Source: Candidatus Eiseniibacteriota bacterium (GTDB lineage Bacteria; Eisenbacteria; RBG-16-71-46). From it: DNA of 64,000 nt. Below, one piece after another: positions 11,103 through 19,711 of the stretch (its first letter is position 1; every line of letters starts with the position of its first letter). The stretch is from assembly GCA_963725865.1 (NCBI GenBank), contig CAVSAC010000012.1:384001-448000 (forward strand), given 5' to 3'. Below the pieces are notes generated by a model. That model made no database searches. It saw only the letters and a list, made by a program, of their open reading frames with translations, and had not been told where the DNA came from. The position numbers were made by a program, and so were the translations under genes.

Positions 11103-11117
11103 TGGCACGGGGGTTGC
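11103..11117 (+). promoter_or_regulatory. Sigma54 promoter for the lmo0937-family gene
   Basis: TGGCAC-GGGGG-TTGC, full consensus. Confidence 0.8.
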
Positions 11118-11194
11118 CGTGCTCCCGCGGTGGCCAGACGGAGGCCGGGCACACACGAGACCCGTCGGATCCTCATGCGAACAGGAGGCCCGTG

Positions 11195-11344
11195 ATGCTG
11201 TGGACCATCTTCGCCGTGCTGCTGGTCCTGTGGCTGCTCGGGATGATTACCTCGTACACGATGGGCGGCTACATCCACCTGCTGCTGCTGCTGGCCATCG
11301 CGGCCGTGCTGATCCGCGTGATCCAGGGTCGCAGGCCGATCTGA
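11195..11344 (+). CDS. lmo0937-family (DUF5670) 49-aa membrane protein
   Basis: MLWTIFAVLLVLWLLG...GGYIHLLL...IQGRR; AGGAGG RBS. Confidence 0.9.
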   Translation: MLWTIFAVLLVLWLLGMITSYTMGGYIHLLLLLAIAAVLIRVIQGRRPI

Positions 11345-11686
11345 TCCGCGCGGCGACGCCGGGCCGCTCGCGAGACGGGCGGAGGGCTTCGCGATTCAGA
11401 ACGCCGCGAGGCGGGGCACTCGCGGCGGAGCAGGACTGGACGCGAAGCCCACGACAGGGCCCCCAGCCGGGCGCGTGGTAGAGGAAGGAGGGGAGCCTCC
11501 TCTCCGGCGCTCGATGGCGATGCCGCGCGGTCCCCCCGGCCGCGTGGCTCGCCCTGGGGACCGCCGCCGTCGCGCGGCCGCGATCCTGAGTGACCCACCG
11601 CGAGGCGCAGGCGCCCTCGTCGTCTGGCAGAAATTGTGGGGAGGTTGTCATTGCGGCCAACCGTGCCTGACGGCATGCTCGGGCCC

Positions 11687-12772
11687 ATGACGACCTCCTC
11701 GCCACATCCTAGGCCTTCCGCCGCGCGCTCCCCCCGCCGCGGCCCCATGCGCGTCGCGATGCTCGCGTTTCCCGACGTCCAGGTGCTCGACGTCATGGGC
11801 CCGCTCGAGGTGTTCTCGCGCACCTCGCGCTGGCTGCGCGACCACGGCAAACGCGCCGACCACGCCTATACGGTCGAGATCATCGGGCTGAACCGCGGCG
11901 CGTTCCGCACCTCGTCGGGGCTGCGACTGTACGCCGATCACGGCATCGCCGACGTCGGGCGCGGGATCGACACGCTGCTGATCGCGGGCGGGATCGGTGT
12001 GGACCACTACCGGGCGCACGTGCCGCTGCGGCGCTGGATCCGCCGCCAGGCGGGCCAGGTGCGGCGGCTCGCCTCGATCTGCACGGGCGCGTTCCTGCTC
12101 GCCGAGGCCGGTCTGCTGAAGGGCCGGCGCGTGACCACGCACTGGAACCACTGCGCGACGTTCGCGCGCGAGTTCCCCGACGTGCAGGTGGAGCCCGACC
12201 GGATCTTCGTCCGCGAAGGCGCGCTCTACACCTCGGCCGGCGTGACCGCCGGGATGGACCTGGCCCTGGCGCTGGTCGAGGAGGACTTCGGGCGCGAGGT
12301 CGCGTTGGCCGCCGCGCGCGAGCTGGTGATGTTCCTCAAGCGCCCCGGCGGCCAGGCGCAGTTCAGCACCCAGCTCGCGGTGCAGCTCGCCGAGCACGAG
12401 CCGCTGCGCGAGCTGCAGACGTACGTGCTGGAGCACCCCGACGACGACCTGTCGATCGAGCGGCTCGCGCGGCGGCTCGCCATGAGCCCGCGCAACTTCG
12501 CGCGCGTGTTCGCGCGAGAGGTCGGCATGACGCCCGCGCGCTACGTCGCCACGGTGCGGGTCGAGACCGCGCGCCGGCTGCTCGAGGAGACCGCCGAGCC
12601 GCTCGAGGCCGTGTGCGCGCGCAGCGGGCTCGGCACCCCCGAGTCCATGCGGCGCGCGTTCCTGCGCCTGGTCGGCATCGCGCCCGGCCAGTACCGCGAA
12701 CGCTTCAACCGGTCGCATCGATCCGCGGGGCCGCCGGACGGCGCCCCGCAGTCCATCAGGAGGCCCTCGTGA
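11687..12772 (+). CDS. GlxA/FtrA-family AraC regulator
   Basis: DJ-1-like N-domain (SICTGAF, TSAGVTAGMD) plus AraC HTH (MSPRNFAR); alternative start 11747. Confidence 0.92.
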   Translation: MTTSSPHPRPSAARSPRRGPMRVAMLAFPDVQVLDVMGPLEVFSRTSRWLRDHGKRADHAYTVEIIGLNRGAFRTSSGLRLYADHGIADVGRGIDTLLIAGGIGVDHYRAHVPLRRWIRRQAGQVRRLASICTGAFLLAEAGLLKGRRVTTHWNHCATFAREFPDVQVEPDRIFVREGALYTSAGVTAGMDLALALVEEDFGREVALAAARELVMFLKRPGGQAQFSTQLAVQLAEHEPLRELQTYVLEHPDDDLSIERLARRLAMSPRNFARVFAREVGMTPARYVATVRVETARRLLEETAEPLEAVCARSGLGTPESMRRAFLRLVGIAPGQYRERFNRSHRSAGPPDGAPQSIRRPS

Positions 12773-13920
12773 AGACCCTCATCCGCCTTGGTGCGCCGCT
12801 GCTGTTCGTGGGACTGATCCTCGCCGCGTCTCGCGGCGCTCGTCGCGACCGCGCGGCCCGCCGCCGCCGGCAGCGCTGGGTGTGCCCGCCATGCGCCGCG
12901 CCGTGCGACACCCTGTCGTTCGCCGCCGCCGGCACCTGCCCGCAGTGCGGCATGGCGCTGGTCGAGGCCGGCTCCGCCGCCGCCAAGCCGGTGGTGGACA
13001 CCGACCAGAAGAAGGTCGCGGTGCTGCTGTTCAATGGCGCCGAGATCATCGACTTCAGCGGCCCGTACGAGATGTTCGGCGCCGCCGGCTGCGACGTGTA
13101 CACCGTCGCCGCGACCAAGGACCCGATCACCACCGCGATGGGGCTGACGATCGTTCCCAAGTACGCCTTTGCCGACGCGCCGCAGCCCGACGTGCTGGTG
13201 ATCCCCGGCGGCGGCGTGAAGGCCGCCGCCAACGACGCCGCGACGCTCGACTACATCAAGCGCACGACCGCGAGCGACACGCACACCATGTCGGTGTGCA
13301 ACGGCGCGTTCATCCTGGCCAACACCGGGCTGCTCGACGGCCTCAGCGCCACCACCACCAACGGCAACATCCCGCGGCTCGCGAGCCAGTTCCCCAAGAT
13401 CAAGGTGGTGCGCGACCAGCGCTACGTCGACAACGGCAAGCTCGTCACCGCCGCCGGACTCTCGGCCGGCATCGACGGCGCGCTACACGTGATCGAGAGG
13501 ATGTTCGGCACCGGCACCGCGCAGCAGGTGGCGCTCGGCGAGGAGTACGACTGGAAGCCCGGCGCCGGCTACGCACGCGCCGCACTCGCCGACCACGAGC
13601 TGCCCCAGATCGACCTGGACGCGATCGGCAAGTGGAATGTGGTCCGCACCGAGGGCGACACTCAGCACTGGGACATCGCCGCGAAGGGCCATTCGGACCT
13701 GGCCGCCGCCGAGGTGATCCACCACGTCGAGCAGGCGCTCGAGGCGAGCAAGTGGACGCGGGTGAGCTCGCCCGCCAGCAGTGGCGAGGCCGGCGCGAGC
13801 GAGTGGCGCTTCACCGGCAGCGACGGCCAGCCGTGGAAGGGCTCGTTCACGATCGCGAGCGCGGGAAGCGGCGGGCACGAGTACACCGCCGCCGTCGCGG
13901 TGGCGCGCGCGGGGCGCTGA
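12769..13920 (+). CDS. Exported DJ-1/PfpI protein with N-terminal heavy-metal-binding Cys motif
   Basis: WVCPPC..CD..CPQCGMAL, DFSGPYE, SVCNGA, AGLSAGID; GTG overlaps the regulator stop; probable compensating indels in the signal peptide (~12829 and ~12876). Confidence 0.85.
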   Translation: MKTLIRLGAPLLFVGLILAASRGARRDRAARRRRQRWVCPPCAAPCDTLSFAAAGTCPQCGMALVEAGSAAAKPVVDTDQKKVAVLLFNGAEIIDFSGPYEMFGAAGCDVYTVAATKDPITTAMGLTIVPKYAFADAPQPDVLVIPGGGVKAAANDAATLDYIKRTTASDTHTMSVCNGAFILANTGLLDGLSATTTNGNIPRLASQFPKIKVVRDQRYVDNGKLVTAAGLSAGIDGALHVIERMFGTGTAQQVALGEEYDWKPGAGYARAALADHELPQIDLDAIGKWNVVRTEGDTQHWDIAAKGHSDLAAAEVIHHVEQALEASKWTRVSSPASSGEAGASEWRFTGSDGQPWKGSFTIASAGSGGHEYTAAVAVARAGR

Positions 13921-14045
13921 AGGACACGGGCGAGGGCGGCGCCCGGCTGCCCGGGCGCCGCTGACGCGCGGCCCGTGCGTGCTATCGTCGCGGCTCGCCC
14001 ATCGAGCCGCGACGAACACGCACCGCCACCCGGAGTCCGCGCGCC

Positions 14046-14565
14046 ATGACCGAGCCCCAGCCGCCCACAGCGCCGTTCCCCTACGAGACCCGCCTCAACA
14101 TCCTGCACGGCCCGCTCGAGCGGGTGGACGTGCAACGCGCTGGCCGCCGCGTGCACGTACCGCTGGTACAACCAGACGCTCTGCCAGGTGAACGGCTCGG
14201 TCGTGCGCCTGGGCGTGGTCGAGGGCGAGTACCACTGGCACCACCACGATGACGACGACGAGTTCTTCTACGTGGTGGACGGCGAGCTGCTGATCGACCT
14301 CGAGGACCGCACCGTCACGCTGGCGCCCGGGCAGGGCTTCGTGGTGCCGAAGGGCGTCCGCCATCGCACCCGCGCGCCGCGGCGCACGGTGATGCTGATG
14401 GTCGAGAACGCGGGCATCGTGCCGACGGGGGATGGTGGGGTGAATGCTGCGCAGGGCCGACAAGCGAGGCCGAACAGTGTCAGTGTCGTAGCGTGTCGAG
14501 CCGCACCCAGTCGCCCGGCGCTCTCTGGTAGGTCCAGAAGGTCCAGCCGTTGCACGGCCGCTTGA
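14046..14565 (+). CDS. Cupin-domain protein, frameshifted at ~14133-14136
   Basis: Joining frames gives ...VDV/NALAAACTYRWYNQTLCQVNGSVVRLGVVEGEYHWHHH..DEFFYV..VPKGVRHRT. The real end may be near 14443 (after IVPTGD). Confidence 0.8.
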
Positions 14566-14751
14566 TGACGGCCGCGCCCCGGTTCGGGGAGCGAAGGCCG
14601 TATCGGTCGAGGCGTGCCCGCGGTGACGACGAGCCGACGCCCTCGTCGTCGCGCTGAACCGAGCCTTCGAAGGCTGCACCGTTGGTTTTCGCGGGCATGC
14701 GGCCACGCGTCTAGGGCGGGGAAGGATCATCTGCGTTACGATGCCCACGCG

Positions 14752-15696
14752 ATGCACGGCGTTATCCTCGTAACGGACCACGATTGGTTCCAGTTCCTGA
14801 GCCGCCAGGTGGACCTCGACGAGGTCAACTTCTGGAGGCCGAGCGATACGCGCACGCCCAAGCAGCTCGAACCGGGCATGCCGATGCTCTTCAAACTAAA
14901 GAAGCACTATGGCGATTGGATCGTCGGCTGGGGAGTATTCGCGAGGCACGACGTCTTTCCCGCGTGGCTGGCTTGGGAAGCGTTTGACATCAAGAATGGG
15001 GCGGCGAGCTTCGCTGAGTTTCGCCAGCGAGTAGGGCGACTTCGGCACGTCTCGTCGAAGTCGGACTTCGACGCAGGCGACTTCAACATCGGATGTCTCA
15101 TGCTGGCGCAGCCCGTGTTCCTTTCGCGCGAAGCCTGGGTTATGCCCCCGAAGGACTGGCACGAGAACATCGTCCAAGGCAAGTCCTATGACCTCTCGAT
15201 GGGAGAGGGCTCCCGCGTCTGGCGCGAGTGCCAGGCCCGAGGGATTGGCCTAACAGTCGCTGCGGATCGCGCACGGACCCCTGTCGCTCCTGGCGCTCGC
15301 TATGGTGACTACGTGCTCGTGAAGCCTCGGCTCGGTCAGGGCATCTTTCGAGCTTCGGTCATCGCCGCCTACGGCCGTGCATGCGCGATCACGTCCGAGC
15401 ATTCGCTCCCCGCGATCGAGGCGGCGCACATTCGGCCTTTCGGCGAGGGCGGCGAGCACGAGGTGTCCAACGGCTTGCTGCTCCGAAGCGACATCCATCG
15501 GCTCTTCGACAGGGGCTACGTCGGAGTGACGCCAGATCACCGTTTCGTAGTGAGCAAGCAGCTGAAGCGAGACTTCTCAAACGGCCGGAGCTACTACCCG
15601 CTTGATGGCCAGAGCATCCACCTGCCTGCGCGGCCGGCGGATCGGCCAAGTGCGAAGTGGCTCGAATGGCACCTCGCGGAGAGGTTCAGAGGATAG
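14752..15696 (+). CDS. HNH endonuclease (COG3440-type putative restriction endonuclease)
   Basis: RLGQGIFR, CAIT, EAAHIRP, NGLLLRSDIHRLFDRG; N-terminal TDHDWF/EVNFWRP domain; codons visibly more AT-rich than the flanks. Confidence 0.88.
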   Translation: MHGVILVTDHDWFQFLSRQVDLDEVNFWRPSDTRTPKQLEPGMPMLFKLKKHYGDWIVGWGVFARHDVFPAWLAWEAFDIKNGAASFAEFRQRVGRLRHVSSKSDFDAGDFNIGCLMLAQPVFLSREAWVMPPKDWHENIVQGKSYDLSMGEGSRVWRECQARGIGLTVAADRARTPVAPGARYGDYVLVKPRLGQGIFRASVIAAYGRACAITSEHSLPAIEAAHIRPFGEGGEHEVSNGLLLRSDIHRLFDRGYVGVTPDHRFVVSKQLKRDFSNGRSYYPLDGQSIHLPARPADRPSAKWLEWHLAERFRG

Positions 15697-15774
15697 GCCG
15701 TCGGTCCCGGGCCGGGCTGCACGATGGACGTGGAGAGGTTCGGCACTCGCGAAGTGGCTGAGGAGAGTGGCTTC

Positions 15775-16572
15775 ATGACCAACCAGGCCGTCCCAGCCTT
15801 CGCCCGCTACATCGGCATCGACTATTCCGGCGCCGCCACTCCGACGTCGAGCTTGCCGGGACTTCGTGTTTGCGCCGCCGACTGGGCGTCGCGACCCGCC
15901 GAGGTGCCGCCACCGCCTAGTCCGCGGAAGTACTGGACGCGCCGCGGTATCGCCGAGTGGCTCGTTGAGCGCCTCCAAGAGACCGCGCCGACGCTGGTCG
16001 GCATCGATCACGCGTTCTCGTTCCCGATGCGCTACTTCGAGAAGTATCGCGTTCCCCACGACTGGCCGGCGTTCCTCGACGACTTTCAGCGGCACTGGCC
16101 GACCGACGAGGACCACATGTACGTCGACTTCGTCCGAGAGGGGGTCTACGGCAACGGCGCCGCGCGTGCGGGAAGCTCGAAGTGGTGGCGATTGACCGAC
16201 AAGCGCTCGAAGGGCGCCAAGTCGGTCTTTCATTTCGACGCGGCCGGCACCGTCGCCAAGTCCACGCACGCCGGCCTGCCTTGGCTGCGCTACCTTCGCG
16301 CGCGGCTCGGTGCGCGCGTCCACTTCTGGCCCTTCGATGGCTGGAGGATCCCGGCGCGCAAGTCGGTGCTCGTCGAGGTCTATCCCGCGCTCTGGAGCCG
16401 CCGCTTCCCGCGTGGGAACCGCACCGGCGACCAGCACGACGCCTACTCCGTCGCCGCATGGATGCAGTCCGCCGATCGCGACGGCAGCCTTGCGGGCTTC
16501 TTCGATCCGCCGCTGACCGCCGACGAGCGCAAGGTGGCGCGGGTCGAAGGCTGGATCTTCGGGGTCATGTAG
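15775..16572 (+). CDS. DUF429-like predicted RNase H-fold nuclease
   Basis: IGIDYSGA, VGIDHAFSFP, VEVYPA, DQHDA, EGWI motifs; AGGAG RBS. Confidence 0.65.
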   Translation: MTNQAVPAFARYIGIDYSGAATPTSSLPGLRVCAADWASRPAEVPPPPSPRKYWTRRGIAEWLVERLQETAPTLVGIDHAFSFPMRYFEKYRVPHDWPAFLDDFQRHWPTDEDHMYVDFVREGVYGNGAARAGSSKWWRLTDKRSKGAKSVFHFDAAGTVAKSTHAGLPWLRYLRARLGARVHFWPFDGWRIPARKSVLVEVYPALWSRRFPRGNRTGDQHDAYSVAAWMQSADRDGSLAGFFDPPLTADERKVARVEGWIFGVM

Positions 16573-16576
16573 CCCT

Positions 16577-17686
16577 CTACCTCAGCACCGTCCCCCGCAC
16601 CACGCGCGCCTCGCCCGCCCCTCCACCAAGCGCCCGCGTCTCGAGCCGGTAGAAGTACACGCCCGCGGCCGCCGGCCGCATCGCGCCATCGCGTCCATCC
16701 CACGCGACCGCGTGCTCTCCCGCGCCGCGGTCGGCGTCCTCGAGCACGCGCACCTCGCGGCCGAGAACGTCGAGCACGCGCAGCCGCGCGTGGCGCGGCG
16801 CGGCCAGCGCGTAGTGGATGGTGGCGGGTCCGCGCGCGGGATTGGGCCACGCGGGCCCCAGCATCGCGCGTGGCGCGACGGGTCCGACCGCCGCCAGCTC
16901 GCCGCCGGTGAAGAGCGCCGTGATCTCGGCGGCCGACAGCGCGCGCGCGTACACGCGCACGTCGTCGAGCGATCCCTTGAAGTAGGCCTGCGGAATGCCC
17001 CAGCCCGCCACGAAGTTGCGCCCGATCGAGAGCGGAATGTTGAGACCTCCGCTCGTCAGTTCGACCAGTGGCTGCGTGACGGAGTCGACCGACTTGCCGT
17101 CGACGTACAACGTGCCGATGTGCGAGGTGCTGTCGTACGTGCCGGCGAGAAAGTGCCACGCGCCATCCAGCAGCGACGTGGCCCCCGCCAGGTTGATGGC
17201 GACGGATGCGTCATCGCGCAGGAACACGCGAGGCACGCCCGACGCATCGAGGTACAGCCCGTACGCAGCGGCATCGACCGGTCCACACGAGGGGTTCGCG
17301 CCGCAGCGGTACCAGATGACCGCGTACTGCGTGTCGCCGGTGCCGGTGGGCGCTGCGGCGATCCACGCCGTCAGCGACCAGCTCGCGCGGTGGGGCGTGA
17401 ACGCGGGGTTGCTCGGCGACTCGAGGTAGCCGGTGGCACCGTCGAGCGTGGCCACGCGCCCGCCGCGGCCGGCGTTGAACACCACCGCGCCACCCGGCGT
17501 GGCGTCGAAGTGGTGGCCCGAGCTGTCGGCGCCGTCGTTGGCGTCAAAGGTCCAGCGCCCAACCAGCCCGGTCTCGGCGTGGGCGTGCGTGGCGATCAGC
17601 GCGAGGGCGAGCAGCGCGACGAGCGCGCACCGGCGCTCGGGCGAGCGGCGTGGTGCGGCGTGCGGACGAATGAGCGTGGCAGGCAT
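16577..17686 (-). CDS. Secreted LamG/concanavalin-like protein with FlgD-Ig/T9SS-CTD-like tail
   Basis: GLVGRWTFD, WHFLAGTYD, GSLDDVRVYARALS; tail WPNP...DVLGREVR...WDGRD...GVYFYRL. Confidence 0.85.
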   Translation of the reverse strand: MPATLIRPHAAPRRSPERRCALVALLALALIATHAHAETGLVGRWTFDANDGADSSGHHFDATPGGAVVFNAGRGGRVATLDGATGYLESPSNPAFTPHRASWSLTAWIAAAPTGTGDTQYAVIWYRCGANPSCGPVDAAAYGLYLDASGVPRVFLRDDASVAINLAGATSLLDGAWHFLAGTYDSTSHIGTLYVDGKSVDSVTQPLVELTSGGLNIPLSIGRNFVAGWGIPQAYFKGSLDDVRVYARALSAAEITALFTGGELAAVGPVAPRAMLGPAWPNPARGPATIHYALAAPRHARLRVLDVLGREVRVLEDADRGAGEHAVAWDGRDGAMRPAAAGVYFYRLETRALGGGAGEARVVRGTVLR

Positions 17687-18156
17687 GGCGGACTCCTGGT
17701 GGGGACAAGGTCACCGCGAGGGCGCGCGAACGGCGGGGCCTGCGTACTGAGGCCGCGGCGCCGGGCGGGAATCACATGCCGGGCGGCGCGGCCGGAGTCG
17801 AATGGGCGGTGCCTTGTTGGGGGTCTTGGCGGGAGCCGCTGCAGCAGCAGCCGCATCCTTGGCGCGTGACCGCGCTCGAGCGCAGGGCGCGAGGTGGGCG
17901 TCCGAAGCTCCACGGGCGTTGGCGGATGCATCAGCGAGGCCGCGCCTTCGTACGCGGCTTCCGACGGAGTTCGAGTCCGGCGCCGGCAAGAACCCACCCG
18001 CGCGCACGACCCCGCACCTCCGCGAGAACACCTGCTCGCGCGCGCACGGCTGATGCTAGGCTCGCCACCGCCACAGGCAATCCGCGCGCAGGGCATTCGG
18101 CGGCGGTGCGCCGCCGCGGAGCGAGGTGGCCGCGCCAGCCACGGGAGAGAAAGTTG

Positions 18157-18765
18157 ATGGCCGCATCGCTCGAGGAACGCGAACTCGTCGAAGGCCTGAA
18201 GGCGGGATCGGCGCAGGCCCTGGACGACTACGTCATGCGAACGCATCACCCGCTCTTCCTGATGGCGGGGCGCCTCACGTCGGATCCCGACCGGCGCCAA
18301 GACTGGTGCCACGACGTCCTGCTCGGCATCCTCGACGACGTGCGCGGGGGGCGTTTCGAGTACCGCGGCCCTGGTTCGTTCTGGGGGTGGTTTCGCAAGC
18401 GCGCCTACTACCGGCTGATCGATCTCGAACGTGATCGCCGCAAGCGCGAACGCCGCGAGAGCGTTGCTGCCGACCCTGCATTCGATCCGCTGGAGACATT
18501 CTGCGGCGGCGAGGATCCCGCCGACGAGATGGAGCGAACCGAGTTCCTCTCGGCGCTCGAAGCCTGCCTCAGCCGCCTGGCGAACTTGCGGCATCGCGAG
18601 GCGCTGGCGCGGCGCCTGCTGGAGGACCAGAGCTACGAGGAGGTCGCGCGCGCGATGTCGGCCACGCTCAACACGGTTCGGGCATGGATCCGGCGGGGGC
18701 GGCTGCTCGTGCGCTCCTGCATCGCCGAACGCCTGGGCTGGTCGCTCGAGGTGGAGGCGTCATGA
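18157..18765 (+). CDS. ECF (sigma70 group 4) sigma factor
   Basis: Region 2 (QDWCHDV..SFWGWF..IDLER) and region 4.2 (SYEEVARAMSATLNTVRAWIRRGR). Confidence 0.88.
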   Translation: MAASLEERELVEGLKAGSAQALDDYVMRTHHPLFLMAGRLTSDPDRRQDWCHDVLLGILDDVRGGRFEYRGPGSFWGWFRKRAYYRLIDLERDRRKRERRESVAADPAFDPLETFCGGEDPADEMERTEFLSALEACLSRLANLRHREALARRLLEDQSYEEVARAMSATLNTVRAWIRRGRLLVRSCIAERLGWSLEVEAS

Positions 18766-18769
18766 TGCC

Positions 18770-18797
18770 CCGCAACTTCTGGGGGCGCGCCGCCGTC
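18770..18797 (+). promoter_or_regulatory. ECF-type promoter upstream of the anti-sigma gene
   Basis: CCGCAACTT...GCCGTC (GCAACT-N16-CGTC); same motif at 23104-23132. Confidence 0.6.
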
Positions 18798-18814
18798 CTT
18801 GTGCTGGAGCTGCC

Positions 18815-19699
18815 ATGACTTCGAACCACGACCGACTCCGCCAGCTCGTGCTGGCCTTCGAGGAACTCACCGCCGCCGAGCGGAACGAGGCCCAGGCGCA
18901 TCTTGCGACCTGTGCCGAGTGCCGGCGGTTGCTCGAGCGCTTCCAACTGCACGAGCGCGCACCGGGCCCGCGCGGCGAACTGTCCGCTCAGGCGATGGCG
19001 GCGAGCCCTCGCCCGGGCACTCACGAGAGTGCCGCGGCCGAGGCAAGCCTTGCGGCGCTGCGCCTGCGCGTGGCGGCAGCCAATCGGCCGGCCGCAAAGG
19101 ACGCCGAGGCGAATCCGCGTGGGATCGCGCTTCCGGCGCGGCCACGGCTGCGTTGGGCGCGCTGGCTGGTGCCGGCGGCCGCTGCGGCCGCGGTCCTCGT
19201 CGTGCTGGCGTTGCCGCGGCGCGCCGCGCGTGATCCACTTCGCGACGCGGCGTTGGTCCACGCGGGCAGCCTGCGCGGAGAGGCCCTTGGCGGCGTGGCA
19301 CCGGACTCGCTTTGGCGCGTGGGCGACGCGTTCGAGGTGAAGCTCGAGCTGGACGCTCCCGGCTGGCCCATGCTGGTGCACGTGGGCGCCGACGGCGTCC
19401 CGCAGCTGCTCTATCCCGACACTGGCCCGGCCGCGGCCCCGCGTCTGGGGCCCGGCCTGCAGGTGCTGCGTCCGATGGATCCGGGGGTCGAATGGGAGTT
19501 CGAAGGAGAACCCGCGGCCGAGGACTTCCTGGTCGCAGTGGCGGTGAGACGATCCCCGGACCGCGCGGTGGTCGCGCGCGAACTGCAGCGCGCGGGCGAG
19601 GAGCACGCGGATTCCGCCGCACGCCTGGAGGCGGTTCGCCGGGTGCTGGCAAAGCACGCGGGACCGGCGCGCGCGTTCCGGATCCACCCGCGGCGCTGA
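18815..19699 (+). CDS. zf-HC2 anti-sigma factor with TM helix and DUF4384-like C-terminal domain
   Basis: HLATCAEC (HxxxCxxC), TM WLVPAAAAAAVLVVLAL, then RVGDAFEV...PQLLYP...EDFLVAV. Confidence 0.8.
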   Translation: MTSNHDRLRQLVLAFEELTAAERNEAQAHLATCAECRRLLERFQLHERAPGPRGELSAQAMAASPRPGTHESAAAEASLAALRLRVAAANRPAAKDAEANPRGIALPARPRLRWARWLVPAAAAAAVLVVLALPRRAARDPLRDAALVHAGSLRGEALGGVAPDSLWRVGDAFEVKLELDAPGWPMLVHVGADGVPQLLYPDTGPAAAPRLGPGLQVLRPMDPGVEWEFEGEPAAEDFLVAVAVRRSPDRAVVARELQRAGEEHADSAARLEAVRRVLAKHAGPARAFRIHPRR

Positions 19700-19711
19700 G
19701 GGCGCTCCGGC

